Below are positions 48,194 through 58,814 of a stretch of DNA of 64,000 nt, piece after piece. Source of the DNA: an uncultured delta proteobacterium (lineage in GTDB: Bacteria > Desulfobacterota > Desulfobacteria > Desulfobacterales > JAHEIW01); assembly GCA_963706575.1 (NCBI GenBank), contig CAVPNL010000006.1:288001-352000 (forward strand). The letters run 5' to 3'. The notes beneath the pieces were generated by a model, which saw nothing but the letters and a program-made list of their open reading frames with translations, was not told where the DNA came from and made no database searches. How positions within the stretch are numbered: the first letter of the stretch is position 1; each line of letters opens with the position of its first letter. The position numbers were made by a program, and so were the translations under genes.

Positions 48194-50665
48194 TTGGAGG
48201 GACTAAAATTGCGAAGAGAAGAAGTGGTTAAACTCAGTTTCGGTGATCGCAGCAGCCGAAAATCTCTGCGGGGTCACTTCTTTCGAGTGGCAAGCCCGAT
48301 CGGGTTTGTCGTTGTCATGCTGGCTGCGTTGCTGGCGATTACCGGTTACTCCTACTTTAGCAATCGACGGGATGCGCTGGCGCTGTCGAATGAAGTGCTG
48401 GGGGCGATTGAACGGCGCATCGCCGGAGAACTACAGGCTTTTATTACGCCCGTAGAAGATACGGTTCGGCTCACGGCTAATTTCTTAGAAAATACATCAT
48501 TTGATATTCAAAATCGGGCTTTATTGGAGCCGCTTGCTTTCAGGGTTTTGGGCAATCTTTCGCAGGTTACCAATTTCATTGTTGCTGATCCCCGGGGCAA
48601 TTTTTTAATGATAGCCCGCATGCCGGACGGATCCCTGCACACCAAAATCATCGAGCGCTCCGCGGCAGCGACACAGGTAACCTGGATCCGTCGCGATACA
48701 GAAGGCAACGTGGTTGATGAGCAAACATCCGTTGATGATTCTTACGATCCGCGGAATCGGCCCTGGTACACGGGGGCTGTAAACAGAGAAAAGCCAAACT
48801 GGTCGGATTTCTACATATTTTTTACCAGCCAGACCCACGGCGTGACGATCTCACTGCCGGTTATGGAAAAAAACGATGAACGCCTGGGTGTATTCGGCCT
48901 GGATATTGAATTGAAAGAGATCAGCGCGTTTCTGGAGACCTTAAAAATCGGCCAGAACGGTGAGGCCATTATTATCAATGAAGACGGTTATATCGTTGCC
49001 CATCCGGAGATCAAAAAAATGGTGAAAAGGGAAGGCGATGTATACAAACCCATCCGGGTGGAAGAACTGGGAAACCCGGTTTTAAATCGTGCATACAACC
49101 GCTTTCGCATCGATGGGTATGGTCATCGAGATTTGATCGTTGACGGTCAGCGCTATCTCAGTGCTGCTTTCATGCTTCCCCAAGAAACCGGACTCGATTT
49201 ATCGGTATTTGTTTTTGTTCCGGAAGAGGACTTTGTCGGCTTTGTTTCACGCAACAATCGTACCATTTTGCTGATGTCCTGCGGCATAGTCGTCCTGGCA
49301 GCAATTATGGCTGGTCTGCTGGTTTTCCAGGGGCTGCGGGCGGAACGCAATGCCCAGCAGGTGCTCGATCGCCAGCATGAACTCGAGGCCCAGAGCCGGG
49401 CCTTTTCCGAGCTGTCATCTAAAGCAGCCGTGTTTGATGCCGAGGATACGGAATCGTTTGGACAGTTAACCGAGGTTGTTGCCGATGCCATCAATTTAAG
49501 ACGTAACAGCCTGTGGAATTTTGATGATGGCGGCCAATTCTTGAAGTGTATCGACAGTTACGATCGCGAAAGCGATGGCCATACGCAGGGGACTGTTCTT
49601 GCGCGGGCCGACTTTGCTCCGTTGTTCGATCTGTTGCAGAACGGCCAAGAGATCAGTGCCCCTGATGCGCAAACCGATGATCGATTGACCGAGCTGTATC
49701 GGGTGTACTTGCAACCGCTGGGCTGTGAATCATTGTTGGCGGTACCGATTCGTTATCATGATTGGACAGCGGGGGCCCTGTGGTTCGAGCACGAGCGACG
49801 GCCCCACGCCTGGTCGACCGAAGAAATTTCTTTTGCCAACGCCATTGCCAACATGCTGGCATTACGGTTTTCAGCGGATCGAAAATCAATGCCCGCGCCT
49901 GCATATCTGAAAGACGAGGCAGACAGCGCCGAAGGTTCCGCTGCCCCAGGGGCGGGAGCAGGCACCGCTGACAGCGATGCTCGGCCCGAACGATCTCCGG
50001 AGAAGACCGATCGTGATGCACGGCAAACGACTGTTGTTTCTGCGGACAGAACAGGCCATTACACTTCGTTTTTGGATCGTCTGGCAGCCGCTGGCATTGA
50101 TCCTGACCAAATGGCTGCTGATGTTTTTACGGATACGACGGTCCTGGCCCTCCGATTTACAAATCCCATATCGCTTGCCGTGCGTATTACGGATACCGAA
50201 TCAACGACGATGGTTGAGCTCATGGTCGGCTATCTGGAAGAGCTGGTTGCATCCCGGGGCATCGAATATATGAAAATTATGGGGGATGAGATCGTCTGTG
50301 CGGCAGGAATCGATCCCGGCGCTAAAGACCATGCCCGTTTGATTGCCGACCTGGCGCTTAACCTCCAGAATCGCTGTACCGGCTTGTTTGCATCAATGAA
50401 CACCCCTATGGAGTTCCGCATCGGAATCGACACCGGGGCCGTTATGGGCAGTTCGGTGGGTCGCGAAGTGAAAACATACAATATCTGGGGCGAGGCCGTT
50501 CGTTTTGCATCAAAGATGGCAGAATCCGGCATAGCGGGTGGAATCCAGGTTTCGCAAACCACCTATCGACGTCTGCGAGCCGATTACCTTTTTCAGATGC
50601 GCGGCAGCTATTATTTGCCCAGCATCGGTGAGACGTCAACCTATCTTCTGACAGGACGAATATGA
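48194..50665 (+). CDS. Membrane Cache-GAF-class III nucleotide cyclase-like protein, catalytically degenerate (start uncertain)
   Basis: TM, YDPRNRPWY Cache motif, TM, GAF, KIMGD, RIGIDTG, IWGEAVRFASKM. Confidence 0.85.
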   Translation: MEGLKLRREEVVKLSFGDRSSRKSLRGHFFRVASPIGFVVVMLAALLAITGYSYFSNRRDALALSNEVLGAIERRIAGELQAFITPVEDTVRLTANFLENTSFDIQNRALLEPLAFRVLGNLSQVTNFIVADPRGNFLMIARMPDGSLHTKIIERSAAATQVTWIRRDTEGNVVDEQTSVDDSYDPRNRPWYTGAVNREKPNWSDFYIFFTSQTHGVTISLPVMEKNDERLGVFGLDIELKEISAFLETLKIGQNGEAIIINEDGYIVAHPEIKKMVKREGDVYKPIRVEELGNPVLNRAYNRFRIDGYGHRDLIVDGQRYLSAAFMLPQETGLDLSVFVFVPEEDFVGFVSRNNRTILLMSCGIVVLAAIMAGLLVFQGLRAERNAQQVLDRQHELEAQSRAFSELSSKAAVFDAEDTESFGQLTEVVADAINLRRNSLWNFDDGGQFLKCIDSYDRESDGHTQGTVLARADFAPLFDLLQNGQEISAPDAQTDDRLTELYRVYLQPLGCESLLAVPIRYHDWTAGALWFEHERRPHAWSTEEISFANAIANMLALRFSADRKSMPAPAYLKDEADSAEGSAAPGAGAGTADSDARPERSPEKTDRDARQTTVVSADRTGHYTSFLDRLAAAGIDPDQMAADVFTDTTVLALRFTNPISLAVRITDTESTTMVELMVGYLEELVASRGIEYMKIMGDEIVCAAGIDPGAKDHARLIADLALNLQNRCTGLFASMNTPMEFRIGIDTGAVMGSSVGREVKTYNIWGEAVRFASKMAESGIAGGIQVSQTTYRRLRADYLFQMRGSYYLPSIGETSTYLLTGRI

Positions 50666-51510
50666 ACGACGAACCCGTCATACCATCAGAAAAAGATGAT
50701 ACCTTGTATACGGCGCCAAAGCTGAGGCGTTTGCTGGCAACCACCGGTCGGTGGACCATTGGCCTATGGCAATGGCCGGTTACATTTATCAGCGATGCCG
50801 TGGCCGTCATCTGGCAAAGTTGCCGCCCGATCACCTGGCGACGTTCGATCCGCATCGAGTTTATGCGCCAGTGTTATCAGGTCGGGGCACAGGCTGTGCC
50901 GTTTATTCTGGTGAGCGGGATCTTCGTGGGATTTGGCATCGTCGCCCAGGCGCTCCATTGGCTAAAGGTCTTTGGCAGTACGGCATTGTTCGGCGGATTT
51001 CTGTCCACTGTTCTGGTACGTGAAATCGCGCCGGTGCTGGTCGGCCTGATTGTGATCGGACGCAGCGGATCAACCCTGTTGGTCGAGTTGGGCACAATGA
51101 AGACCGAAGGCCAGGTTCACATGCTGGATGCCCAGGGCATCGATCCGTTTCTTTATCTGGTGGTGCCGCGGGTTCTGGCATTTTGCGTTTGTATGTTTTC
51201 TCTGACGACGGCTTTTGTGGCGGTGGCCCTGTTAGCGGGATTTGCTTCAGGCAAGCTGTTCGGCTTGATACAATTCACTTTTTTTGATTTTATTAATCGC
51301 GCCATCGGTTCAATGGGCCGGCAGACATATTTATTGTTTACCCTGAAGACCGTTACCATTGGTTTTGTGGTTGCGCTGATATCCTGTAAGACGGCGCTGT
51401 CGCTCACCGATGTTTCGGCCAGGGTACTGGATATCATGCCGCGGGGGTTTGCCAAATCGGCGCTGGCTACCTTGATCATATCTATTGCACTGACAATTTT
51501 ATTGAAATGA
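50662..51510 (+). CDS. MlaE-family ABC permease
   Basis: LVREIAPVL...GRSGS...ELGTMK...MLDAQGIDP..YLVVPR. Confidence 0.9.
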   Translation: MNDEPVIPSEKDDTLYTAPKLRRLLATTGRWTIGLWQWPVTFISDAVAVIWQSCRPITWRRSIRIEFMRQCYQVGAQAVPFILVSGIFVGFGIVAQALHWLKVFGSTALFGGFLSTVLVREIAPVLVGLIVIGRSGSTLLVELGTMKTEGQVHMLDAQGIDPFLYLVVPRVLAFCVCMFSLTTAFVAVALLAGFASGKLFGLIQFTFFDFINRAIGSMGRQTYLLFTLKTVTIGFVVALISCKTALSLTDVSARVLDIMPRGFAKSALATLIISIALTILLK

Positions 51511-51522
51511 AAGCTAAATCGG

Positions 51523-52230
51523 ATGGCGGTGATTCTTCAAAAGCAACGCGTGATTTTACGGTTCGATGATACGGTTTTCGCAAGCACAACCCATGGCCCC
51601 GCTAAGTCTAATGAAGTCGGCCTGAGTGTTTGCAGCGGGGAACTGTTTCTGATCCGTCTGGCGCGCTTTGAGCAAACTGCGACATTTGCAGACGCATGCG
51701 CCGGAATCCTCCAGCCGATCAGCGGCAAGGTATATTTTCTGGGAAGAAACTGGCCGGAGTTGCCTCCCGACCAGGCCAATGCGCTGCGGGGGCGGATCGG
51801 CCGTGTATTCAGGACGGCAAACTGGATCAACCACTTATCGCTGATGGAAAATATATTGCTTTCACAACTTCACCATACCCGCAGGTCTGTCCGCCGATTT
51901 CGTGATGAAGCCGGGAAGCTGGCACAGCAATTTGGTCTTCCGGGACTGCCCCTGGGGCTGCCGGGCGATTTTACACCTGCCGACCTGCGACGCGCTGCCT
52001 GTGTGCGGGCATTTTTGGGTCGACCCCTGCTGATTCTTTTAGAAGAGCCAACTTCCGGAATTTACGCTGAAATCATATCTGCATTGATGACCGCCGTTCG
52101 AGCGGCGCGTGAGCGCGGAGCTGCTGTCATCTGGCTGACACAAAAAAATTTGATCTGGCGTGATCCGACCCTGCCGGTAACCCAGCGATATCGACTGGTC
52201 GCCGGGAAGCTGATGGAGGTGACAATGTGA
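51523..52230 (+). CDS. MlaF-like ABC ATPase homolog with degenerate catalytic motifs
   Basis: GILQPISGKV, LRGRIGRVF, SLMENILL, P.LILLEEPTSG; no Walker A. Confidence 0.8.
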   Translation: MAVILQKQRVILRFDDTVFASTTHGPAKSNEVGLSVCSGELFLIRLARFEQTATFADACAGILQPISGKVYFLGRNWPELPPDQANALRGRIGRVFRTANWINHLSLMENILLSQLHHTRRSVRRFRDEAGKLAQQFGLPGLPLGLPGDFTPADLRRAACVRAFLGRPLLILLEEPTSGIYAEIISALMTAVRAARERGAAVIWLTQKNLIWRDPTLPVTQRYRLVAGKLMEVTM

Positions 52231-53273
52231 AAGAGACGCTGAGGCAACCAAAGTTCCGCTATACGAATGAAACGGTCGGGTTGTTTGTATTGATCACCCT
52301 GCTGATTTTTGTCGCCGGACTGATTTATTCCGGTCAGGTTCGAAAGTGGTTTAACCCCGGGGAAACGCTCAAGGTGGTGCTGCCTGATGAAGGGCTTTTC
52401 GGCCTGACGGAAGGTTCGACAGTCGAGATTCTGGGAACCAAAGCCGGGGAGGTCCGGGATATCGTCATCAATCCCGATCAGAAGATACACGCGAATGTAC
52501 GAATTGATAGCGACATGGCGGTATTCGTTCGCAGCGATTCAAAAGCGACGATACGCAAGACGTTCGGCATTGCCGGTGATGCCTACCTTGAAATTACCCG
52601 GGGCACCGGGGCGCCGCTTGATTGGGAATATGCCGTATTAACCGTCGCGTCGGATCGCAAGACATCCGACACGCTGGCTGAATTGATCGATGAGCTGCGG
52701 GCCAAGGTTTTACCGGTTGTCGACGATGCCCACAAAGCAATCCTTATGCTGACGGCCGTTGCCAAGGATCTGCAGGATCCCGACAAGGGGGTTCAGCAGC
52801 TGATGGCAAATCTGAATTCCATCGCCGATCGGATCGATCGGGGGGAAGGGGCGATCGGGCGCTTGCTCACCGAAGATAAACTTATAAAGGATCTGGAAGC
52901 CCTGATCACCCGGATGGGCCCGATTTTTGACGATCTGGAAAAAATGATTCAAAACGTTTCGGAATTCTCCAAAGAATTCGATATCGAAACCGGTGATATT
53001 CCGCAGATTACCCGAAATCTCAAGAAGACCCTGGCGTCTATGGAAGAGGTGATGAAGGACCTTAGCCAGACCACACCTCAACTACCGCAGATTGCCAAAA
53101 ATGTTGGCGACACCACCGATTCGGTTCCGATACTCGTTTTGCAGGTGCAACAGGTGATGATCGAACTGGAACGTTTGATCCAGCAACTTCAGTCTCACTG
53201 GCTGCTGGGAGGCGGCTCCGGCCAACCGTCGCAGACAGCTACCCGAATATCGCCGCTGGAGGTGAACCCATGA
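52227..53273 (+). CDS. MCE/MlaD domain protein with long helical tail
   Basis: VGLFV TM, GL..GSTVEILG...GEV..I, DSKATI, GDAYLEI..G, GEGAIGRLL. Confidence 0.9.
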   Translation: MKETLRQPKFRYTNETVGLFVLITLLIFVAGLIYSGQVRKWFNPGETLKVVLPDEGLFGLTEGSTVEILGTKAGEVRDIVINPDQKIHANVRIDSDMAVFVRSDSKATIRKTFGIAGDAYLEITRGTGAPLDWEYAVLTVASDRKTSDTLAELIDELRAKVLPVVDDAHKAILMLTAVAKDLQDPDKGVQQLMANLNSIADRIDRGEGAIGRLLTEDKLIKDLEALITRMGPIFDDLEKMIQNVSEFSKEFDIETGDIPQITRNLKKTLASMEEVMKDLSQTTPQLPQIAKNVGDTTDSVPILVLQVQQVMIELERLIQQLQSHWLLGGGSGQPSQTATRISPLEVNP

Positions 53274-54250
53274 TCTCTTATCTTCGCACGCGTTATTGGG
53301 TTGGGCCCATCGGGTTAATCCTGGCTGCTGTCATTTTGACTGTGAGCGGTTGCGGATCTTCACCACCGAAGCAAAAGGGCCCGGCCATCGATGCGGATCT
53401 TGAACGGTTTAATCGGGCAGGGCGACTGGCCTTTGACAAGGGTCGACTGCAGCAGGCTGCCAGTTTTTACCGCAAGGCGCTGGACCGTGCCTATGTGCGT
53501 GACGATACGGCAGCGATCCTTGACGCCCAATACAATCTGGCATTATGTTTAATGAATTTGCAATCCTACGAGGAGGCGCTGCGTGTGGTTCAGGACGCCA
53601 ACAGCGAGATGGCGCGAGCGGGTCGTGGCAATTCGCTGGATTTTCTTCTCCTGGAAGCCACCATCCTTCACCGCCGTGGGAATTTGGAAAAAGCCTGGAA
53701 GATTACAGACCAAATCCTATCGCCTGCGACCAAGGCTTCTGAGGTTGTTAAGAGCAAAACTCACTTCTTGCGGGGATTGATAGCAAGCGAACAGGACGAT
53801 GTTGATCAGTTGCACACGGCAATCGCCTCCCTCGGACAACCGGAACAACCCCGGCTGCGCGCAGATCGTCAGGAGTTGGTGGGGCATCTGGCCATGGCAG
53901 AATATAACTGGGATGCTGCCATGGAAGCATTTGACACAGCGGCGAAACTGCGCCGTGAAGCGCTTAACTATCGAGGTATGGTGAAAGTTCTGGCTCTGGC
54001 AGGCCAAGCCAGCGAAAAGGCGGGACGCCCAAAGGAAGCTTCGATCCGTTACCTTAGAGCCGGGCGTAGCGCCATGTTGCAGGGCCTGTTCGATGACGCC
54101 CGGAAATGGCTGAATCTATCCCTGCAACTTGCAAACAACGCTGGAGAAGATAAAATAAATCAGGAGGCGCGCAGCTTTTTGCTGCAGATAGAAGCGCTAA
54201 CCGCAGGGGCACCGGACAGCTCCGGTGACGAGGCGACTTTGTTAGAATAA
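53270..54250 (+). CDS. TPR-repeat lipoprotein
   Basis: Lipobox VSGC; Ala/Leu-rich TPR-like helices. Confidence 0.8.
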   Translation: MISYLRTRYWVGPIGLILAAVILTVSGCGSSPPKQKGPAIDADLERFNRAGRLAFDKGRLQQAASFYRKALDRAYVRDDTAAILDAQYNLALCLMNLQSYEEALRVVQDANSEMARAGRGNSLDFLLLEATILHRRGNLEKAWKITDQILSPATKASEVVKSKTHFLRGLIASEQDDVDQLHTAIASLGQPEQPRLRADRQELVGHLAMAEYNWDAAMEAFDTAAKLRREALNYRGMVKVLALAGQASEKAGRPKEASIRYLRAGRSAMLQGLFDDARKWLNLSLQLANNAGEDKINQEARSFLLQIEALTAGAPDSSGDEATLLE

Positions 54251-54279
54251 ATATAAATTGCCGGCTCAACGGTTTTCGG

Positions 54280-57200
54280 TTATTGAGCCAATTTATCTGC
54301 TAATTTTAATATCCCATCGAAATCGAAGTCTTCGGTCATTTGAATGAAGCTCTCAGCGATCGGCGCAAATGCCTCGGAGTTGGATTGGAAATTTTCTGCA
54401 ATTGTTTTGATGCGGATGACGTCTCCCATTTCGGCCGCTTCCCGGATACGATCGGCAGCCTGTTTGGCCAGTTCCGGAGGTATTTCCCCTAACGCTGCGG
54501 CAGACGGTTTGGCGGGTTTTTCAGGAGCAGGATGACCCAGAACCCGGACGGATTTGAGGGCCGCCTGGAGTGCTTTTTTCAGTTCGACGAATATCTGATT
54601 CAGCTTCTGTTTGGATAATCCCTTTTTCGGACCGCCTTTTACCTGTTTTTCCATTTCAATCGCCGCCGCCTGAAGATCGGTGGCCGCCAGATTTCCGGCC
54701 AGACCTTTGAGATTGTGAACCAGGCTGTGGGCCTGCTCAAAATCTTTGGCCTCCAGCGCTTGCCGGATTTCATCTGCGGCGCCGGCATATTTGACACCAA
54801 AGTCCAGCAGCAGTTTGCGATAAAGTTTTTCATTCCATTGCAGGCGTTTGAGCCCGTCTTCCAGGTCAAATCCCGGCAGGGAGTTCGGAAATTTTTCGGC
54901 GTCTGGCTCAGATACACCCGTGGCGATTGCTTCTGTGGAAACTTTCGGTTGCTCAGTATGAATTCTCTCTTTATCGGGTTTGATCCATTTCTGCAGAGTT
55001 GAAAACAGCTGGTCCGGGTCAATCGGTTTGGTGACATGGTCGCTCATGCCGGCCGCTATACTTTTTTCCGCATCTCCGGCCATGGCGTGTGCCGTCATCG
55101 CTATGATCGGCACATTTCGGATTTCGGATTTCAGATTTCGGATTTCCCGCGTAGCGGTGTATCCATCCATTACCGGCATCTGAACATCCATGAGCACCGC
55201 ATCATATTCATTTTTATTGATGGCATCGATGGCTTCCTGACCGTTGTTGGCCAGGCTGACGTTGAGCCCGGCACCTTCAAGAATCTCTCGTGCCACCTGC
55301 TGGTTAATTTCGTTGTCTTCCACCAGCAGCACGTGGGCGCCCTGGATGTGCTTCAATACATCGGCTTCTTTTTGCCCTCTGCGGCCAACCCGTGATTTCT
55401 GAGGTACGGCTTCGCCAAATGCCTGCATGGTGGCGTCAAAAAGCACCGAGGGGCTGACAGGCTTGAGCAGAAAGCCGTCCAGCCCCACCTGCTCGGCCTG
55501 TTGCATCACTTCTTCGCGGCCGTAGGCGGTCACCAGGATAATGGCCGGGATTTTTATCAACCCGGGGTGATTTTTGATCCATCGGGAGGCCTCGATGCCG
55601 TCCATCTCGGGCATCTTCCAGTCCATGACCACCAGCTCGAAAGGCTGATCTTGCGGCGCGCTCTCCAGCGCGCTGATCCCCTCGGCTCCGGAGGCGGCCA
55701 CGGTGACCTTGAAGGTAAAGGATTCGAGCATGCCTTTTAAAATCTCTCTGGAAGTGACGTTGTCGTCCACCACCAGGACTTTTGTGCCCCGCAAATCCGG
55801 CAAAGTCACAAAGCGCTTTTCCGCGCGTTCTTTGCCGAGGCCAAAGTTAACGGTGAAACTGAAGGTGGTTCCCTGGCCGTATTCGCTTTCCACCCAGATC
55901 TCGCCGCCCATCATGTTCACCAGTTTTTTGCTGATGGCCAAGCCCAGTCCGGTACCGCCGTATTTGCGGGTGGTGGAGGTGTCGGCCTGGGTAAAGGACT
56001 GAAACAATTTGCCGGTCTGTTCCTCGGTCAGCCCGATACCGGTGTCTCTAACTGAAAATTTCAAAGTGACCCGGTCCTGATTGTGTTCGAGCAGCTCACT
56101 GGACACCACGATTTCACCGGAATCGGTGAATTTGACCGCATTGTTGGCCAGATTGATCAGCACCTGGCCCAGTCTTAACGGATCCCCCACCAGAAAGCGG
56201 GGCACCTCCCAGTTGATATTGAACAGCACCTCCAGGTCTTCTTTTTCCTGGGCTTTGACCGTGACCAGGTTGGCCAGATTGTCCATGACATTTTCCAGGT
56301 TGAAATCGACGGTCTCGATATCCATTTTGCCGGCTTCAATCTTCGAAAAATCCAAAATGTCATTGATGATGCCCAAAAGCGCATCGGCTGATGACTGGAT
56401 TTTTTTCAGATAGTCACGCTGTTTGGGAGATAAATCGGTTTTTAGCGCCAGGTGCGCCATGCCGATGACCGCATTCATGGGCGTGCGGATCTCGTGGCTC
56501 ATATTGGCCAAAAAATCACCCTTTGCTTTGTTGGCCTCGTCGGCGGCGCGCCTGGCACGGATGAGTTCTTCCTCCATCTGCTTGCGCTCGGTGATATCCT
56601 GTTTGACCGCCACGAAATGGGTAATTTCAGCTTCATTGTTTTTTATCGGTGAAATCGAAGCGCTTTCCCAGTATTCCTCGCCGGTTTTCTTTTTGTTAAT
56701 AAAATCGCCCCGCCAGGTTTTGTCGGAAAGAATGGTATCCCACAGATTTTTGTAAAATGATTCTGGAAGATTGCCGGACTTTAAGACCCTGGGGTTGTTT
56801 CCAATGGCCTCTTCTAAGGTATAACCGGTGACTTTGCAAAAAGTGGGGTTGACATATTCAATGGTGCCGTCTTTGGCGGTAATCACAACCGAAGCCGGGC
56901 TGTTCTCGGTTGCCCGTGACAGCTTACGGGCTTGCTCTTGCGCGTTTCGGCCTTCGGTAATATCGACGATGGAACCGGCCATGCGGTAAGCTCGGCCGCT
57001 GTCATCCCACAGCGCCTGACCCATGGTGCGGTACCAACGGTATTCGCCGGATTTGCATCTTAGCCGAATCACTTCATTGAAGGGGGCACGATTGTCCAGG
57101 TGGTTTTGTAATTTGGCGACAATTGCATCGTGGTCAGCGGGGTGCAGGCTGTTTTCCCAGCCGGGAAATGAATCTTCACTTTCATCGCCGGAATAGCCCA

Positions 57201-58692
57201 GTAATTCCTTGAAGCGCTCCGAATACCAGGTTTTGCCGGTCTGCGGCTCTAAATCCCAGAGACCGCCGCCGGCGGCTTTTACGGCCAGCGAAAACCTTTC
57301 TTCACTTTCAGAAAGTTTAGCGGTTCTTTCCTCAACGCGAATTTCCAGCTCATCGTGGGATTTCTGCAATGCACGGCTGGCGCGCTCTTCGATGACCACA
57401 GCAAACACCAGTGAGCCCAGTGCCAGCAAAACCGTGATTGCCAACACCGTCAGGATCACCGTGCGCGTGGTATAATAGGGGCCGAGGGCATCGGCTTCAT
57501 CGATTTCGGTGGTCAGCCCGATTTGCAGCTGATGATCCCATAACCAGGCGCCGTATGCCCGCACGCCCCGGTAGTCCCGGTATCCTGCCACATTCAGGCC
57601 GGATTTTCCCTGGGTTGCTTCCCGGGCCATGAGAGTCAGCGGTTGCTGGTATCTGGGAACCGACGGCCTGAAACCTTTGGTCATATCTCCGCCGGGATCC
57701 CGCACGCTGATGGATAAAATGCTCTTTTCGCCCTCACTGATCAGCCCGATTTTAAGTAGATCTTTATCAAAACGGCTTTCAGAAAGTAGTTTGCCGTAGC
57801 GGTTAAACGCATACGTTTCACCGCTTTTGCCGATTCTTCCCAGCTGAATGATCCGGCTAAAATCCTTGGAGGGATCGACCCGCTGGGCGATAACGGCGAT
57901 AATCTCTTCTTGTTTATTTTTTATCGGAGCGGCGAAGAACATGCTGGCAGAGGCCCTGGGTTTATCTTCAGAAGATGGGCTTAAAGCGACATCAGACCAT
58001 AGGGGCGGCACCATGACGGTCTCACCCTGAAATGCCCGGTTAAGAAGATCCAATGCCTGGCTGGCGATCAGGTTTTTGTTCCCTATAGTATGGTTGCGCA
58101 TGGAGGCGATATTAACAAAATCCGGAGAGATGACAAAAAATCCGGTTAGTCCAGCCCGGTCTCTATTGCGCCTGAAAAAGGCGCGTAATTCCACAAAAGC
58201 TTTACTTTCAAACAAAGATGTTTTGTTGCGGGGGATGCGCAAAAGATTTTCAGTTAGAGAAACCAACTGCGGATCCTCGGCAAGACGGGTCAGCTGAAAC
58301 TTGTTGGATTCGACCCACAGGTTCAGCGATTCCTGAGTGGTTTGCAAAACGATTTGCAGGGCGTTGCCCACCTCGGCTTGAATTTTCTCTTTGACCTTAT
58401 CAAGGGCGAACCAGGCCAGAGCGGACACCAGCAGCATAAAACAGCCGACTAAAATAATTAAAATGCTTAATTTTTGAGTCGATCCGTGCTCTGATGAAAG
58501 CAGATCGCCTCTGGCCCGCTTTAAGCGCCGGAGCAAAAAAACCAGCAGACCCCCGATAATTATTGCGGCAACAATCATCGAAAGCAAAAACATGAAACTG
58601 GTGTCGTTATGCACCAACGTGTCCGCCCAGGCGTTTGGCAGAATTAATAAAAATATTGTCAGGGTGATGAAACCACCCATCCATCGCGGCAT
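54280..58692 (-). CDS. Hybrid sensor histidine kinase (Cache-like, 2 PAS, HisKA, HATPase, 2 REC, HPt)
   Basis: [30 protein letters not shown], two receivers, HNLKG. Confidence 0.95.
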   Translation of the reverse strand: MPRWMGGFITLTIFLLILPNAWADTLVHNDTSFMFLLSMIVAAIIIGGLLVFLLRRLKRARGDLLSSEHGSTQKLSILIILVGCFMLLVSALAWFALDKVKEKIQAEVGNALQIVLQTTQESLNLWVESNKFQLTRLAEDPQLVSLTENLLRIPRNKTSLFESKAFVELRAFFRRNRDRAGLTGFFVISPDFVNIASMRNHTIGNKNLIASQALDLLNRAFQGETVMVPPLWSDVALSPSSEDKPRASASMFFAAPIKNKQEEIIAVIAQRVDPSKDFSRIIQLGRIGKSGETYAFNRYGKLLSESRFDKDLLKIGLISEGEKSILSISVRDPGGDMTKGFRPSVPRYQQPLTLMAREATQGKSGLNVAGYRDYRGVRAYGAWLWDHQLQIGLTTEIDEADALGPYYTTRTVILTVLAITVLLALGSLVFAVVIEERASRALQKSHDELEIRVEERTAKLSESEERFSLAVKAAGGGLWDLEPQTGKTWYSERFKELLGYSGDESEDSFPGWENSLHPADHDAIVAKLQNHLDNRAPFNEVIRLRCKSGEYRWYRTMGQALWDDSGRAYRMAGSIVDITEGRNAQEQARKLSRATENSPASVVITAKDGTIEYVNPTFCKVTGYTLEEAIGNNPRVLKSGNLPESFYKNLWDTILSDKTWRGDFINKKKTGEEYWESASISPIKNNEAEITHFVAVKQDITERKQMEEELIRARRAADEANKAKGDFLANMSHEIRTPMNAVIGMAHLALKTDLSPKQRDYLKKIQSSADALLGIINDILDFSKIEAGKMDIETVDFNLENVMDNLANLVTVKAQEKEDLEVLFNINWEVPRFLVGDPLRLGQVLINLANNAVKFTDSGEIVVSSELLEHNQDRVTLKFSVRDTGIGLTEEQTGKLFQSFTQADTSTTRKYGGTGLGLAISKKLVNMMGGEIWVESEYGQGTTFSFTVNFGLGKERAEKRFVTLPDLRGTKVLVVDDNVTSREILKGMLESFTFKVTVAASGAEGISALESAPQDQPFELVVMDWKMPEMDGIEASRWIKNHPGLIKIPAIILVTAYGREEVMQQAEQVGLDGFLLKPVSPSVLFDATMQAFGEAVPQKSRVGRRGQKEADVLKHIQGAHVLLVEDNEINQQVAREILEGAGLNVSLANNGQEAIDAINKNEYDAVLMDVQMPVMDGYTATREIRNLKSEIRNVPIIAMTAHAMAGDAEKSIAAGMSDHVTKPIDPDQLFSTLQKWIKPDKERIHTEQPKVSTEAIATGVSEPDAEKFPNSLPGFDLEDGLKRLQWNEKLYRKLLLDFGVKYAGAADEIRQALEAKDFEQAHSLVHNLKGLAGNLAATDLQAAAIEMEKQVKGGPKKGLSKQKLNQIFVELKKALQAALKSVRVLGHPAPEKPAKPSAAALGEIPPELAKQAADRIREAAEMGDVIRIKTIAENFQSNSEAFAPIAESFIQMTEDFDFDGILKLADKLAQ
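55114..55146. repeat. In-frame heptamer tandem repeat inside the kinase gene
   Basis: atttcgg atttcgg atttcag atttcgg atttc, encoding [11 protein letters not shown]. Confidence 0.8.
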
Positions 58693-58814
58693 GCTATACC
58701 TCTTTCATAACGTATTTAGAAATCAAAATAAGTCTTCATATAAAATATTGCAATGATCGATACAAGTTGATTATATTCCGATTTAAAACGAGCCCGCTTT
58801 TCGAGGATTCTGCC

